A DNA stretch of 42,646 nucleotides from a virus (IMGVR_UViG_3300048916_000077:1-42646); one strand, 5' to 3'. Shown: positions 23,113-31,447, counted from the stretch's first letter. Notes: a model not told the origin generated them from the sequence alone. Program-made: numbers and translations.

Positions 23113-24743
23113 TCCTCACGCATCGCAATGACCGCTTCATCTGCTTCGCCAGCTACGACGAGCGGCACATCCCGAAGGGCGCCGGCTTCCGCTGGGACGG
23201 TGCCACCAAGTCCTGGCACACGCTCGACGCGGAGACGGCTGCCCGGCTGGACCAGTTCGCCGATGACCATGCATGGCCGAAGCTGGAGGCATACTTTCTC
23301 CAGCGCCGCGCCAGCATCGAGGACAGCCGCGCAGAGAAGGCCGTGGGAGAGCTTCCGTGCCCCTCGGGTCTCTCCTACCTGCCATACCAGCGCGCGGGCA
23401 TAGCGTACGCTCTGAAGCGCTCTGCGGTGCTGATCGGTGACGAGCCTGGCCTCGGTAAAACTATCCAGGCGATCGGCATCGTCAACGCCACCGAGTTCAG
23501 CGGTGCGCCGAGGGTGCTGGTCGTGTGTCCGGCGACGCTGCGGCTCAACTGGCGGTTCGAGTGGCGCAAGTGGTGTATCCATCCGATCAAGCCTGTCGTC
23601 GTCACCGATATCTGGCCGACTTCGCTGCGCGGCCTCGACCTGTTCGGCGAGGGTGTCGCGGCGATCATGTCATACGAGGGCGCGGTGAAGTGGAAGCACC
23701 ACATTGACCGGCTGCAATGGTCTGCGATGATCTTGGACGAAGCCCATGCGCTGAAGAACCCGGCGACCAAGCGGACCAAGGCGATCTTCGGCAGCCACAA
23801 GGGCAAGAAGGAAGAATGGATCGAGCCGGTGAAGGCCGAGCGCAAGATCGCGTTGACCGGGACGCCGATCGTCAATCGGCCGGGTGAACTCTGGCCGCTG
23901 ATCAAATGCCTGGATCCTACCGGCCTCGGCTCGAACAAGAAGCACTTCGATGACCGGTACGTCTATTCGAGCGGCAACATGCGCGAGCTGCACGACCGCA
24001 TGCGAGCATCCTTCATGGTGCGCAGGCTGAAGGCCGATGTGCTGAAGGAACTCCCCGCCAAGCGCCGCCAGGTGATCCTGATCGAGCCCGCCGGCGCCGG
24101 TGCCCTGCTGGCGACGGAGAGCGCGCTCATCGCCCGCAAGCGCGCCGAGCTCGCGAACCTGGAGCATGAGAACGCGGTCGAGAAGCTGCGCATGTGGCGC
24201 GGCGCGGCGATGCAGGAGATTTCCCGGATCCGGCATGAGACGGCGCTCGCCAAGGTGCCATCGGTGATCGACCATGTGTTTGGCGTGCTGGATGAGACCG
24301 ACAAGGTGATCGTGTTCCACCACCACCACGACGTCGGCGATCAGCTTGCCGAGGCGCTCCCCGGCGTCGTGCGGCTCGATGGCCGCTGCACACCGGAGGA
24401 AAAGGATACAGCTGTGCGGCGGTTCCAGACCGACCCGAAGGCCCGCGTCTTTCTCGGCAGCATCCGAGCGGCTGGCATGGGTATCACGCTCACGGCTGCA
24501 TCCACGGTGGTCTTTATGGAACTTGATTGGAGCCCCGCGTCAATGATCCAGGCAGAGGACCGGGCGCACCGGATCGGCCAGCCGGAAAGCGTCCTGGTCC
24601 AGCACCTCGTGATCGACGGGAGCATTGACCAGCGGATGAGCAAAATCCTGATCGATAAGGCCGACATGATCGGGCAGATACTGGACGGCGAGATGCCGCA
24701 GGCTCTGAAGGCTAGCGTTCTCGATGACATGCTGAAGGAGTAG
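23109..24743 (+). CDS. SNF2/RAD54-family helicase (544 aa, GTG start)
   Basis: ORF track. Motifs are LPYQRAGIAYAL, motif I GDEPGLGKTIQAIG, motif II ILDEAHALKNP, GTPIVNRPGELW, and C-terminal helicase motifs (LGSIRAAGMGITLTAAS, DWSPASMIQAEDRAHRIGQ). Confidence 0.9.
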   Translation: MILTHRNDRFICFASYDERHIPKGAGFRWDGATKSWHTLDAETAARLDQFADDHAWPKLEAYFLQRRASIEDSRAEKAVGELPCPSGLSYLPYQRAGIAYALKRSAVLIGDEPGLGKTIQAIGIVNATEFSGAPRVLVVCPATLRLNWRFEWRKWCIHPIKPVVVTDIWPTSLRGLDLFGEGVAAIMSYEGAVKWKHHIDRLQWSAMILDEAHALKNPATKRTKAIFGSHKGKKEEWIEPVKAERKIALTGTPIVNRPGELWPLIKCLDPTGLGSNKKHFDDRYVYSSGNMRELHDRMRASFMVRRLKADVLKELPAKRRQVILIEPAGAGALLATESALIARKRAELANLEHENAVEKLRMWRGAAMQEISRIRHETALAKVPSVIDHVFGVLDETDKVIVFHHHHDVGDQLAEALPGVVRLDGRCTPEEKDTAVRRFQTDPKARVFLGSIRAAGMGITLTAASTVVFMELDWSPASMIQAEDRAHRIGQPESVLVQHLVIDGSIDQRMSKILIDKADMIGQILDGEMPQALKASVLDDMLKE

Positions 24744-24747
24744 AGAG

Positions 24748-24936
24748 ATGACTGATCAATTGGTATTTGGGCACTGGACCTTTGCGCAACTGGACGAGGC
24801 GAGACGGATAGCCGTCGAGGTCATGAAGTTGTACGGCGATCTGGTCGGAGACGAGTACGAGCGTTTCCTAAAGAACCCTTGGAACGATCATTGCTCTGTT
24901 CAGGCCGCGCTAAGGGCCATGCCGAAAGCGGGTTAG
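24748..24936 (+). CDS. Small hypothetical protein (62 aa)
   Basis: ORF track. It is the last gene of the plus-strand early unit. Confidence 0.5.
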   Translation: MTDQLVFGHWTFAQLDEARRIAVEVMKLYGDLVGDEYERFLKNPWNDHCSVQAALRAMPKAG

Positions 24937-25396
24937 AAAAAGGCAATAGTTCCCTTTCCGGATATCCCGGCCCTATGCAGGGCGTCCGGTCTCGGGAGCC
25001 TTCTGCCTCACTGGTATAGCCTTGGTGCTGTCTGCTCCCCGGACCCGCATCTCTGCGCTGCTGGAGAACCGGGAGCCACCCCGCCCGGCCTAGGCTGTCG
25101 CCTAGCGCTGCCGTACTACCCAAGGTTTCCGCTTCGGTTGGCACCTAAGCGCGGTCGGAAAGCCCCGCAAGGGGAAAAGTTCCCGCCAGTGATCGAGGGC
25201 TTTAAGAGCAGGAGCCCACGACTGCGAGCGACAGATTTTGTGATTTCGAGGAATGGTTTTCAGGCGATGAGCCTGCTATAACCGGGGCCTCGGGCCTTCC
25301 AGGGACTGCCACTACAGACCTGGATTGGGGTGGGGGGATTAGCCGTCCCCCCGCTCACCCTTCCTACCTACCCCACAAAGAGGTAATCCGCAAGCA

Positions 25397-26251
25397 TTAC
25401 CAACCGGCTGGCTCGGTCCAGTCCTTGATGAGCGGCTGATCGACCCGGCGGAATACGCCGCGCTCCCACACGATCTCGACCTTCCCCCCGTTCGCCGCAT
25501 AGTTGTTCTTCATCGTCTTCAGCAGACGGTGATTGGGCTTGCCGTCGCTCTTGTCGGCGGTCAGGTACATGCGCGACCGGACATCGTTGTTCCACGCCCG
25601 CGATCCCGCCAATCCTGATCCGCTCTGTACACCCTCGTTGCTCGGATGGGCCGTCATGATCACGCACCCCTGATGCTTGACCGCCCACCGCCGCAGCATC
25701 TGCACGAAACGGGCAACCTGCTTCTCAGCCACCTCCTTGCCGCCGAAGGTCTTTCGGGTGGTGTCCAGGATCAGCATCTGCGCGCCCATGTTCTCCGTCG
25801 CGTGCTCGATCTGCGACCACAGCGGCGTCGGCGAGAGCCGGTCCTCGTACCGGTCGAAGCTGCACAGATAGTTGTCCATGTTCACGCCGACCTTGATCAG
25901 CATGTCCTCGCCGAGATCGCCGAAGGTGCAGCCGTAATGCTCGTTGATCGCCGACTGGCGCATGTGCAGCTCGCGCTTGTCGTCCTCGCAGAAGAGGCCG
26001 AACGACCGCACGCCCTTGGTCGGAAAGCCGAGCCAGTCCTTGCCCAGCGCCGAGGCGGTCATGAGCTGCTGCACCAGCAGGGATTTGCCGAGGCCGCCGT
26101 CGCCGGAGATCATGGCGACCTGGCCGACCGCGATCAGGCCGTCGATGATCCAGTCTCGGCCGGGGATCGGCTGGCCCTCCCACTCGGCGGGCGAGAAGGC
26201 GTCGAAGGCTTGTAGCTGCTGGCCGGGGAAGGCATGGACGTTGTTGTTCAC
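25397..26251 (-). CDS. RecA-fold ATPase, RepA/AAA_25-like replicative helicase candidate (284 aa, GTG start)
   Basis: I trimmed the track ORF to GTG 26251, which forms a GTGA overlap with the upstream stop and has AAGGA upstream. Walker A is ISGDGGLGKSLL and Walker B is LILDT. The overall pattern resembles AAA_25 / plasmid RepA helicases. Confidence 0.7.
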   Translation of the reverse strand: MNNNVHAFPGQQLQAFDAFSPAEWEGQPIPGRDWIIDGLIAVGQVAMISGDGGLGKSLLVQQLMTASALGKDWLGFPTKGVRSFGLFCEDDKRELHMRQSAINEHYGCTFGDLGEDMLIKVGVNMDNYLCSFDRYEDRLSPTPLWSQIEHATENMGAQMLILDTTRKTFGGKEVAEKQVARFVQMLRRWAVKHQGCVIMTAHPSNEGVQSGSGLAGSRAWNNDVRSRMYLTADKSDGKPNHRLLKTMKNNYAANGGKVEIVWERGVFRRVDQPLIKDWTEPAGW

Positions 26252-26931
26252 AGAGAGGTCCTTTCTTCTTTCATGATTTTGAGCAGGGGAGGATCTGGCG
26301 TCGGCGCGGGCCGGCCGACTTCTAGAAGGTCCTGCTGATTCCCCCATTGCGACCAGCCGGGATAACGCTGCCGTGCGAATAGCTCGATGTATGGGCCGTC
26401 AACCAATGCCTCTATGCGCTGGTAGGCTTCATCGGGCTTGCGGCTGTGTTCGCGCCTCTCCGATATCAGGAGTTTACGGACTGCAGCGCTTTTTCTTTTC
26501 GGGTGCCCGCGAGTGAAAAGCAGACAAGGCTCAGGATTTGATCGGGTCCAATATCCAGTTCCCATAGGGAAAAGCTTGTGGTCTGGCTCATCGTGGAGGA
26601 GGTGTCTTGTCGATCCCTCGCGGCGCAATTTTGCCCAATAAAAGGCGATGGTCTTATATGTGAAACCCCAGGCGCGCCCTATCTCAATAGCCTCTGGCAG
26701 CATAGGATCGACCGCCCAAAGAAATAGGACGCAATGCTCTGCAGCTAGACGAAGAACATCCAAGGACGCGATTTCCGCAAGGTCCATGGTTTTGTAATGA
26801 CGCTCAGGATTGTTCTGTCGGGACTGATTTCTAGAGAGTATGGCGTCTGGGCATCGGTCTCTTCCTTTGGCGCTGAATGTCTTAAACCGCCAAGGTGGAT
26901 CGGCGAGGATGCACCCGAACTTTTCGGTCAT
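26248..26931 (-). CDS. MT-A70-family DNA N6-adenine methyltransferase (227 aa)
   Basis: I trimmed the track ORF to ATG 26931, which forms an ATGA overlap with the upstream stop. The catalytic motif is ILADPPWRF. The downstream pattern (HCVLFLWAV, GFTYKT, EHSRKPDE) is typical of MT-A70. G+C is visibly lower than in its neighbours. Confidence 0.85.
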   Translation of the reverse strand: MTEKFGCILADPPWRFKTFSAKGRDRCPDAILSRNQSRQNNPERHYKTMDLAEIASLDVLRLAAEHCVLFLWAVDPMLPEAIEIGRAWGFTYKTIAFYWAKLRREGSTRHLLHDEPDHKLFPMGTGYWTRSNPEPCLLFTRGHPKRKSAAVRKLLISERREHSRKPDEAYQRIEALVDGPYIELFARQRYPGWSQWGNQQDLLEVGRPAPTPDPPLLKIMKEERTSL

Positions 26932-27116
26932 GCTGGCCGAACTTCCATATTCATGGTGCACACCAGCTTACCGGAAACGGTCTTCTGACCGGTCCAGAAC
27001 CGCTTGCCACAGTTCGGGGTGGAGCAGCGGAATTCCTCACATCGCGGATCGTGCTTCTTGATCCGATAGGTGACATCGCAGCGTTGGCACTGCCACCGCT
27101 CAACTTGTTGGTCCAT
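26928..27116 (-). CDS. Small zinc-ribbon protein (62 aa)
   Basis: ORF track. The sequence contains CQRC...C...CSTPNC. Confidence 0.5.
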   Translation of the reverse strand: MDQQVERWQCQRCDVTYRIKKHDPRCEEFRCSTPNCGKRFWTGQKTVSGKLVCTMNMEVRPA

Positions 27117-27702
27117 GACTTTCTCCTTCTATGATTATGCTGACACGCTCGACATAACTTGCCTGTTCTGCCCGCACCGCATCCGCCCAGCCGCTTTCAA
27201 CCAGCCGGGGGGACATGAACAGGATGAGGTGATTGACGCTCTGAGGGGCCTGCACCCGCTGCATCCGCCCGGCGCCAGCGCTCGCCCAGACCGGGATCGA
27301 GTAGCGCCTGGACTGCCGCAGCGCTTCCTCGACCGTCTCAGCCAGGCCCAGGGTATCGCCCGGCTGACCCAGTTGGATCGCGCCGTAGCCCAGCTTGCCG
27401 ATTATCTGCCGCACAGGACGCGCAGAGCAGGCCGTGCAGCGGCATCCGGCGGTGAGCGGGTCGGATGTACCGGGACGGAGAAAGGTGCGCTGTACGCCCG
27501 TCAGAATGCCGTCCGGGTTGCGAATGGCGGCAATAGGGCCGGATACGTCGGGGAGGTCGAAGTAGTCGAAGGTGGAGAAGCCGATGGATTTGGAGAGCGC
27601 TGCGGCGGATCGGCTGGTGAGGTTGAGGTATTTGGCGGCGAGCGTGCCGGCGAGCGGCTGCCTCTGCTGCCATAATGTCTCGGCTGCTGACGGTTGGTCC
27701 AT
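27100..27702 (-). CDS. Toprim-domain protein, primase-like (200 aa)
   Basis: I trimmed the track ORF to ATG 27702, which has GGGAG 6 nt upstream. The pattern AAKYLNLTSRS...IRNPDGILTGVQRTFL...LGLAETVEEAL...PVWASAGAGRM...LILFMS resembles the Toprim / DUF7146-type primase modules of plasmids and phages. Confidence 0.55.
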   Translation of the reverse strand: MDQPSAAETLWQQRQPLAGTLAAKYLNLTSRSAAALSKSIGFSTFDYFDLPDVSGPIAAIRNPDGILTGVQRTFLRPGTSDPLTAGCRCTACSARPVRQIIGKLGYGAIQLGQPGDTLGLAETVEEALRQSRRYSIPVWASAGAGRMQRVQAPQSVNHLILFMSPRLVESGWADAVRAEQASYVERVSIIIEGESHGPTS

Positions 27703-27814
27703 ATCCGCTCCCAAAGCGGCCCAAGGTTATGGCGGCGGGGCACCCGCTTGGGTGTCGGGGATAGGGAGCTACCCTCGCCCCGCCTCTTTTACGCTACTCC
27801 GAACGGGGTAGCCG

Positions 27815-28171
27815 TCAAGCGGTTTTCGGCTTGTTTCCCTTGTCTGGCTTGACGTGGATTACCGCTGCTTCGTGCCGCATGGCATAGATCACGGACGGAT
27901 CGTCAACCCGGTGCGGCGGCGCCTCCGGGTCACCGTCTCCTTGCTCCATCCGATATCGATAGAAATCGTCTGCCAGTTCTCGGATGCTCTGGACGTATTC
28001 CGGCTCGAATTGCATCCGCTCTGCAATGTTGGCGTAGGCCCTCAAAGCCTCCGGTGCGGCCGGATCGCGGGCACCGATCACGAAGTGAGGCCAATGCGGA
28101 ACAGAACCATCGCGCCGCACGACCAGAAACTTGCCCTCGCAGAACTCTTTCGTCTTTGCCCAAATCTTCAT
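27815..28171 (-). CDS. Hypothetical protein (118 aa)
   Basis: I trimmed the track ORF to ATG 28171, which forms an ATGA overlap with the upstream stop. Confidence 0.55.
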   Translation of the reverse strand: MKIWAKTKEFCEGKFLVVRRDGSVPHWPHFVIGARDPAAPEALRAYANIAERMQFEPEYVQSIRELADDFYRYRMEQGDGDPEAPPHRVDDPSVIYAMRHEAAVIHVKPDKGNKPKTA

Positions 28172-28365
28172 GATCTGCCTCCTATGTGTACCCTCGACGG
28201 GGCATTCCAGCGCTCGATCGCTTCCCACTCTGTGTCAGCCAGCGGGCCGGTGTGCTTGCACATGCCGCAGGCGACCCAGCGCTTGCCGGCGATGGGGTTG
28301 CCGGTCAGCTCGACGTAGCCGCTGCCGCACTGCGGGCACGGCTCGAATGTCTCTTCATCCATCAC
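28168..28365 (-). CDS. Lar-family restriction-alleviation-like zinc-ribbon protein (65 aa)
   Basis: ORF track. CPQCGSG...VACGMCKHTGPLADTEWEAIERWN matches my recollection of the Lar family pattern (CPFCG...C..C...gp......A...WN.R). Confidence 0.6.
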   Translation of the reverse strand: MMDEETFEPCPQCGSGYVELTGNPIAGKRWVACGMCKHTGPLADTEWEAIERWNAPSRVHIGGRS

Positions 28366-28706
28366 GCACCGGCCGGGCTGATGGTCACCGTGCAGCCGTT
28401 CACGTCGGCCCAGCAGATGGAGACACGCTCGACATTCTTGTCATCGTCGATCACGCCCATCGTCACGAGCAAGTCCTCGATGGCCTTGATCCGGTTGCTG
28501 ATGTCCGAGCCGCTGCGCTGGCGCTGAACGTAGATATCGAGTTCGACCTTGCCGGCGATCTTGCCGGGCTTCTGCAGGTTGATCTGCCAGCCCGCAGCGT
28601 TGGCCCAGGTGGCGTATCGATCGGTGCGGACGCGGCCCTTACCGGAGACGTTCCGATACAGGCCGTTGGTCGAGGGTGGGGCGGGGAGTTCCTTGAGTGT
28701 GATCAT
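28362..28706 (-). CDS. rusA: RusA-like Holliday-junction resolvase (114 aa)
   Basis: I trimmed the track ORF to ATG 28706. PPSTNGLYRNVSGKGRVRTDRYATW...DISNRIKAIEDLLVTMGVIDDDKNV is the characteristic RusA pattern. Confidence 0.75.
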   Translation of the reverse strand: MITLKELPAPPSTNGLYRNVSGKGRVRTDRYATWANAAGWQINLQKPGKIAGKVELDIYVQRQRSGSDISNRIKAIEDLLVTMGVIDDDKNVERVSICWADVNGCTVTISPAGA

Positions 28707-28845
28707 GGGTGCGAGCCTCTGGCTTTTTGGTTGGTTGCTGGGCACACATTGCTTGCGCGGGAGACCTGCAAACGGGCGGAACCCTTAGAGCAATGCTTGG
28801 TATGCTGCGACGGCCCAGCGCGCCGCCTCCAAATTCCGCCCGTGC

Positions 28846-29313
28846 CTATGCGAGAGCGGCCTCGCTCTCAACGAACTCTTCGATATCGGTCTGCGTGATC
28901 ACCTCGTCCTCGAGGCCGTGCTCGATCACAGCCTCGGCGATTTCCTCGGCGATCGTCTTCGCCTTCTTGGTCTTCTTGACCTTGGCCGGTTTCTCCGGGA
29001 TGGCCTCGTTCGCTACCGGCTGCGGGTCGATGGCATCCATGAAATTCATCTGCTGCCCGACGCCAAGCGCCGCGAAGCCCTCGCGCAACAGGCGGTTCAA
29101 CTCGCTGCGGGGATCTTCCTCAAGGTCCACGAAGCGGATCAGCACGTTGAAGTCTGCGACCTTCTCACCGAGCTCTGCCTTGATCCGGCCCTTGGCCTTC
29201 TTGGCACGGAGGGAGAGCGCGGCCTTGGCGATCTCGATCTCATCGAGTTCCGCCTTGATGCTGCGGATGATTTCGGCGCGAGCCGGTTTGGAGTTGTCTC
29301 CGATCTCAGTCAT
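28846..29313 (-). CDS. Hypothetical DNA-associated protein (155 aa), possibly GapR/DUF2312-like N-terminal half with Lys-rich and acidic tail
   Basis: I trimmed the track ORF to ATG 29313. IIRSIKAELDEIEIAKAALSLRAKKAKGRIKAELGEKVADFNVLIRFVDLEED loosely follows the DUF2312 pattern. The match is weak. Confidence 0.4.
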   Translation of the reverse strand: MTEIGDNSKPARAEIIRSIKAELDEIEIAKAALSLRAKKAKGRIKAELGEKVADFNVLIRFVDLEEDPRSELNRLLREGFAALGVGQQMNFMDAIDPQPVANEAIPEKPAKVKKTKKAKTIAEEIAEAVIEHGLEDEVITQTDIEEFVESEAALA

Positions 29314-29540
29314 TTGAGTTCCTTCTTCCTTTCCAAGTAATCGGCGCACATGCGCATGGTGACCTGAGAATCGGTAGCTTTCTCGATCTTCACGAGAGTG
29401 GCTAAGTTCGGCTCCCGGCCCTGGATCAGCTTGTAAATAGTGACCCGGCTGATCTTCGCGTCGTCGGCGAAGCGCCACGCCTTTATCCCCTGCCGGTCAA
29501 GCCAGCCCTGCAACGGATGTTCATCTGTGTTCATTGCCAT
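29310..29540 (-). CDS. Cro/YdaS-like helix-turn-helix regulator (76 aa)
   Basis: I trimmed the track ORF to ATG 29540; ATG 29534 is an alternative. GIKAWRFADDAKISRVTIYKLIQG is an HTH pattern. It is divergent from the plus-strand unit that starts at 29652. Confidence 0.65.
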   Translation of the reverse strand: MAMNTDEHPLQGWLDRQGIKAWRFADDAKISRVTIYKLIQGREPNLATLVKIEKATDSQVTMRMCADYLERKKELK

Positions 29541-29587
29541 GCGCAATCTGTGGCACAATCTTTTTTCGCACACAACACAAAAATTCG

Positions 29588-29616
29588 TTGACAGCGAAAT
29601 CGGTCAAGCGCAAATA
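29588..29616 (+). promoter_or_regulatory. Candidate rightward promoter TTGACA-N17-CAAATA
   Basis: A consensus -35 hexamer, a 17-nt spacer and an A/T-rich -10 lie about 35 nt upstream of the GGAG and GTG start at 29652. Confidence 0.5.
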
Positions 29617-29651
29617 TCTTTTAACGCAAACGAAAAAGTTGGAGCACTAAA

Positions 29652-29891
29652 GTGAGCGCAGAAGACGATATGATAGGCAGGCTCATGGACAGGATCGCCG
29701 AACTTGGTGGCGAACTCTCCCACTGCAAAGAGCTTCTATCCTCGGCTTGCTCTAGCGCGGGATACCACCGCAGAGAGGCGTTGCAACTCACTAAGAAGCT
29801 GAAGGAGCAAAGCCTCGTAGTGGCGATGCTTAACGGACAAATCGAGGAATTGCGCGGGATCATCTCGGGCAAGAAACCAACGGAGGAATAG
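29652..29891 (+). CDS. Small coiled-coil protein (79 aa, GTG start)
   Basis: ORF track. A GGAG sequence lies 7 nt upstream. Confidence 0.55.
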   Translation: MSAEDDMIGRLMDRIAELGGELSHCKELLSSACSSAGYHRREALQLTKKLKEQSLVVAMLNGQIEELRGIISGKKPTEE

Positions 29892-29895
29892 GACC

Positions 29896-30024
29896 ATGGA
29901 CAAAAAGAGGATCGCCCTTCACCTGCTCGACGCGACGCCCGAGGACCGCAGCCGCCATTCGCTGTTCCTCGCCGGCTTCGCCCTCGGGGTGCTGGCCGCC
30001 ACCGTGCTTGTGGTGATGCTGTGA
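29896..30024 (+). CDS. Very small membrane protein (42 aa)
   Basis: It is below the track cutoff and was translated by hand (MDKKRIALHLLDATPEDRSRHSLFLAGFALGVLAATVLVVML). It fills the gap exactly, and its stop overlaps the next GTG start (GTGA). Confidence 0.4.
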   Translation: MDKKRIALHLLDATPEDRSRHSLFLAGFALGVLAATVLVVML

Positions 30025-30212
30025 GCGAGAAATTCGACCTCCTGCTGGACAAACTGGTGAGCACGGCCGAGGCGCTTGGCGTCGCGGAGAATGCCCGCCA
30101 CCAGGCCGAGGCGCGCGAGCAGGCTATGAAAATCCGGCTCGGCGAGCGCGAAGCGGAAATCGTGAAGCTCAAGGCCGCGATGGCCGCAATCCAGGAGAAC
30201 AACGGCAAATGA
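30021..30212 (+). CDS. Small coiled-coil protein (63 aa)
   Basis: ORF track. It is translationally coupled at both ends. Confidence 0.5.
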   Translation: MSEKFDLLLDKLVSTAEALGVAENARHQAEAREQAMKIRLGEREAEIVKLKAAMAAIQENNGK

Positions 30213-30991
30213 CACCAGAGGAAATGATCGAGCGTCGCAAGGGCATTGGAGCCAGTGATGCAAATAAAATCATCGCTGGCGGCGAGGCTTGGTACCAGCT
30301 TTTCATGGAGAAAACCGGCCGCGCCGAGCCGGAAGACCTGTCCGGCGTCTGGGCGGTCCAGCTCGGGAAGACCACGGAAAACCTCAACCTCGACTGGTAC
30401 GAGCGGAAAGTTGGCCGGAAGCTGACCAGCCGCCAGCAGATCGCCGTCAGCGCCGAATACGGGTACCTCCGTGCGACCCTCGACGGGCTCGACGCAGATG
30501 CCGCAACGGTCGTGGAGTGCAAGCACGTCAACGGCTTCTCGAAGTTGCCCGACGTGGTTGCCCGGTACAACGCCCAGGTTTTGCACCAGATGCACTGCGC
30601 CCAGATGCCTCACGGCCTATTGGGCATCATCATCGGCGCCAACGAGCCGGTCTGGGTCGAAGTGGAATGGGACGAATTCTGGTTCAATTCCTACGTTGAT
30701 CGTTGCCGTGAGTTCTGGAGCTATGTCGAGGCCGACAGGGAGCCGCCGGGAGCGCCCGCGCCGCTGGCCGCGCCGATGCCGATCGAGAAGATGCGAACTC
30801 TCGACATGACCGGCAACAATGCCTGGAGCAGCTTCGCGGTGGACTGGCTGGAGAACGGCAAGGCCGCCAAGAAGTTCGAGGGTGCCGTGAAGGGCATCAA
30901 GGGGCTAGTCGAGGCGGATGTCCGCCGCGCCCACGGTCACGGCATCGAAGTTACGCGGGATGGCCGCGGCCTCCGCATTGTGGAGGCATAA
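30209..30991 (+). CDS. YqaJ-like / lambda-exonuclease-type recombination exonuclease (260 aa)
   Basis: ORF track. GIGASDANKI, QLGKTTENL and ATLDGLDADAATVVECKH fit the PD-(D/E)XK YqaJ pattern. It is paired with an ERF annealase downstream. Confidence 0.8.
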   Translation: MTPEEMIERRKGIGASDANKIIAGGEAWYQLFMEKTGRAEPEDLSGVWAVQLGKTTENLNLDWYERKVGRKLTSRQQIAVSAEYGYLRATLDGLDADAATVVECKHVNGFSKLPDVVARYNAQVLHQMHCAQMPHGLLGIIIGANEPVWVEVEWDEFWFNSYVDRCREFWSYVEADREPPGAPAPLAAPMPIEKMRTLDMTGNNAWSSFAVDWLENGKAAKKFEGAVKGIKGLVEADVRRAHGHGIEVTRDGRGLRIVEA

Positions 30992-31432
30992 ATGACTGTG
31001 AGCCTACCAGTCGAGATCTGGCTGAAAAACAACACCCGAGTAGATGAAAATACGGGGTGCTGGTTGTGGGTCAGACGCCTCGATAAGGATGGATATGCGC
31101 AGGGAAGGCGAGCGCCTTCGAGGTCACCAATTCGTGTCCACCGTGTGTCTTATGAGCACTTTAAAGGACCGATCCCCGAAGGGCTGCAGATAGATCACCT
31201 CTGCAGAACCAGAAACTGCGTCAATCCTGATCATCTTGAACCCGTGACGTGCAGGGAAAACATCGTCAGGTCGCCAAGAGTGCAGAAGACTCACTGCCTA
31301 AACGGACATCCTCTTTCGGGGGAGAATCTTGTCATCGTGATTTTCAAGGAAAAGAAAATGCGCGGTTGCAAGGTTTGCCGACTGCGACGAACCAAAGAAT
31401 ATCGTCAAAGACTGAAGATTTCTGAAGTTTAA
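30992..31432 (+). CDS. HNH homing-type endonuclease (146 aa)
   Basis: ORF track. DKDGYAQGRR...VHRVSYEHFKGPIPEGLQIDHLCRTRNCVNPDHLEPVTCRENI is the HNH_3-type pattern. G+C is visibly lower than in the flanking genes. Confidence 0.8.
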   Translation: MTVSLPVEIWLKNNTRVDENTGCWLWVRRLDKDGYAQGRRAPSRSPIRVHRVSYEHFKGPIPEGLQIDHLCRTRNCVNPDHLEPVTCRENIVRSPRVQKTHCLNGHPLSGENLVIVIFKEKKMRGCKVCRLRRTKEYRQRLKISEV

Positions 31433-31447
31433 CCAAGGAGACCTGAC

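Noticed and set aside
25332-25352. Annotating the GGGGGGA/TCCCCCC hairpin as an intrinsic terminator for the helicase unit.
   Set aside because: The stem is strong, but neither strand has a following U-tract. I report it only as a hairpin within the non-coding-region finding.
24937-25396. That the long non-coding region is a (two-piece) tmRNA, a group I/II intron remnant or a CRISPR array.
   Set aside because: It has no T-arm/acceptor/CCA module and no alanine-tag-like reading frame. It has no domain-V-like or P/Q/R/S-like elements that I could recognise, and it interrupts no gene. It has no regularly spaced repeats. It remains an unclassified candidate only.
29621-30613. 330-aa minus-strand ORF, and 23670..24329 (219 aa, minus strand).
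   Set aside because: They are antisense to the YqaJ exonuclease and its small plus-strand neighbours, and to the SNF2 helicase, respectively. Their translations are low-complexity and junk-like.
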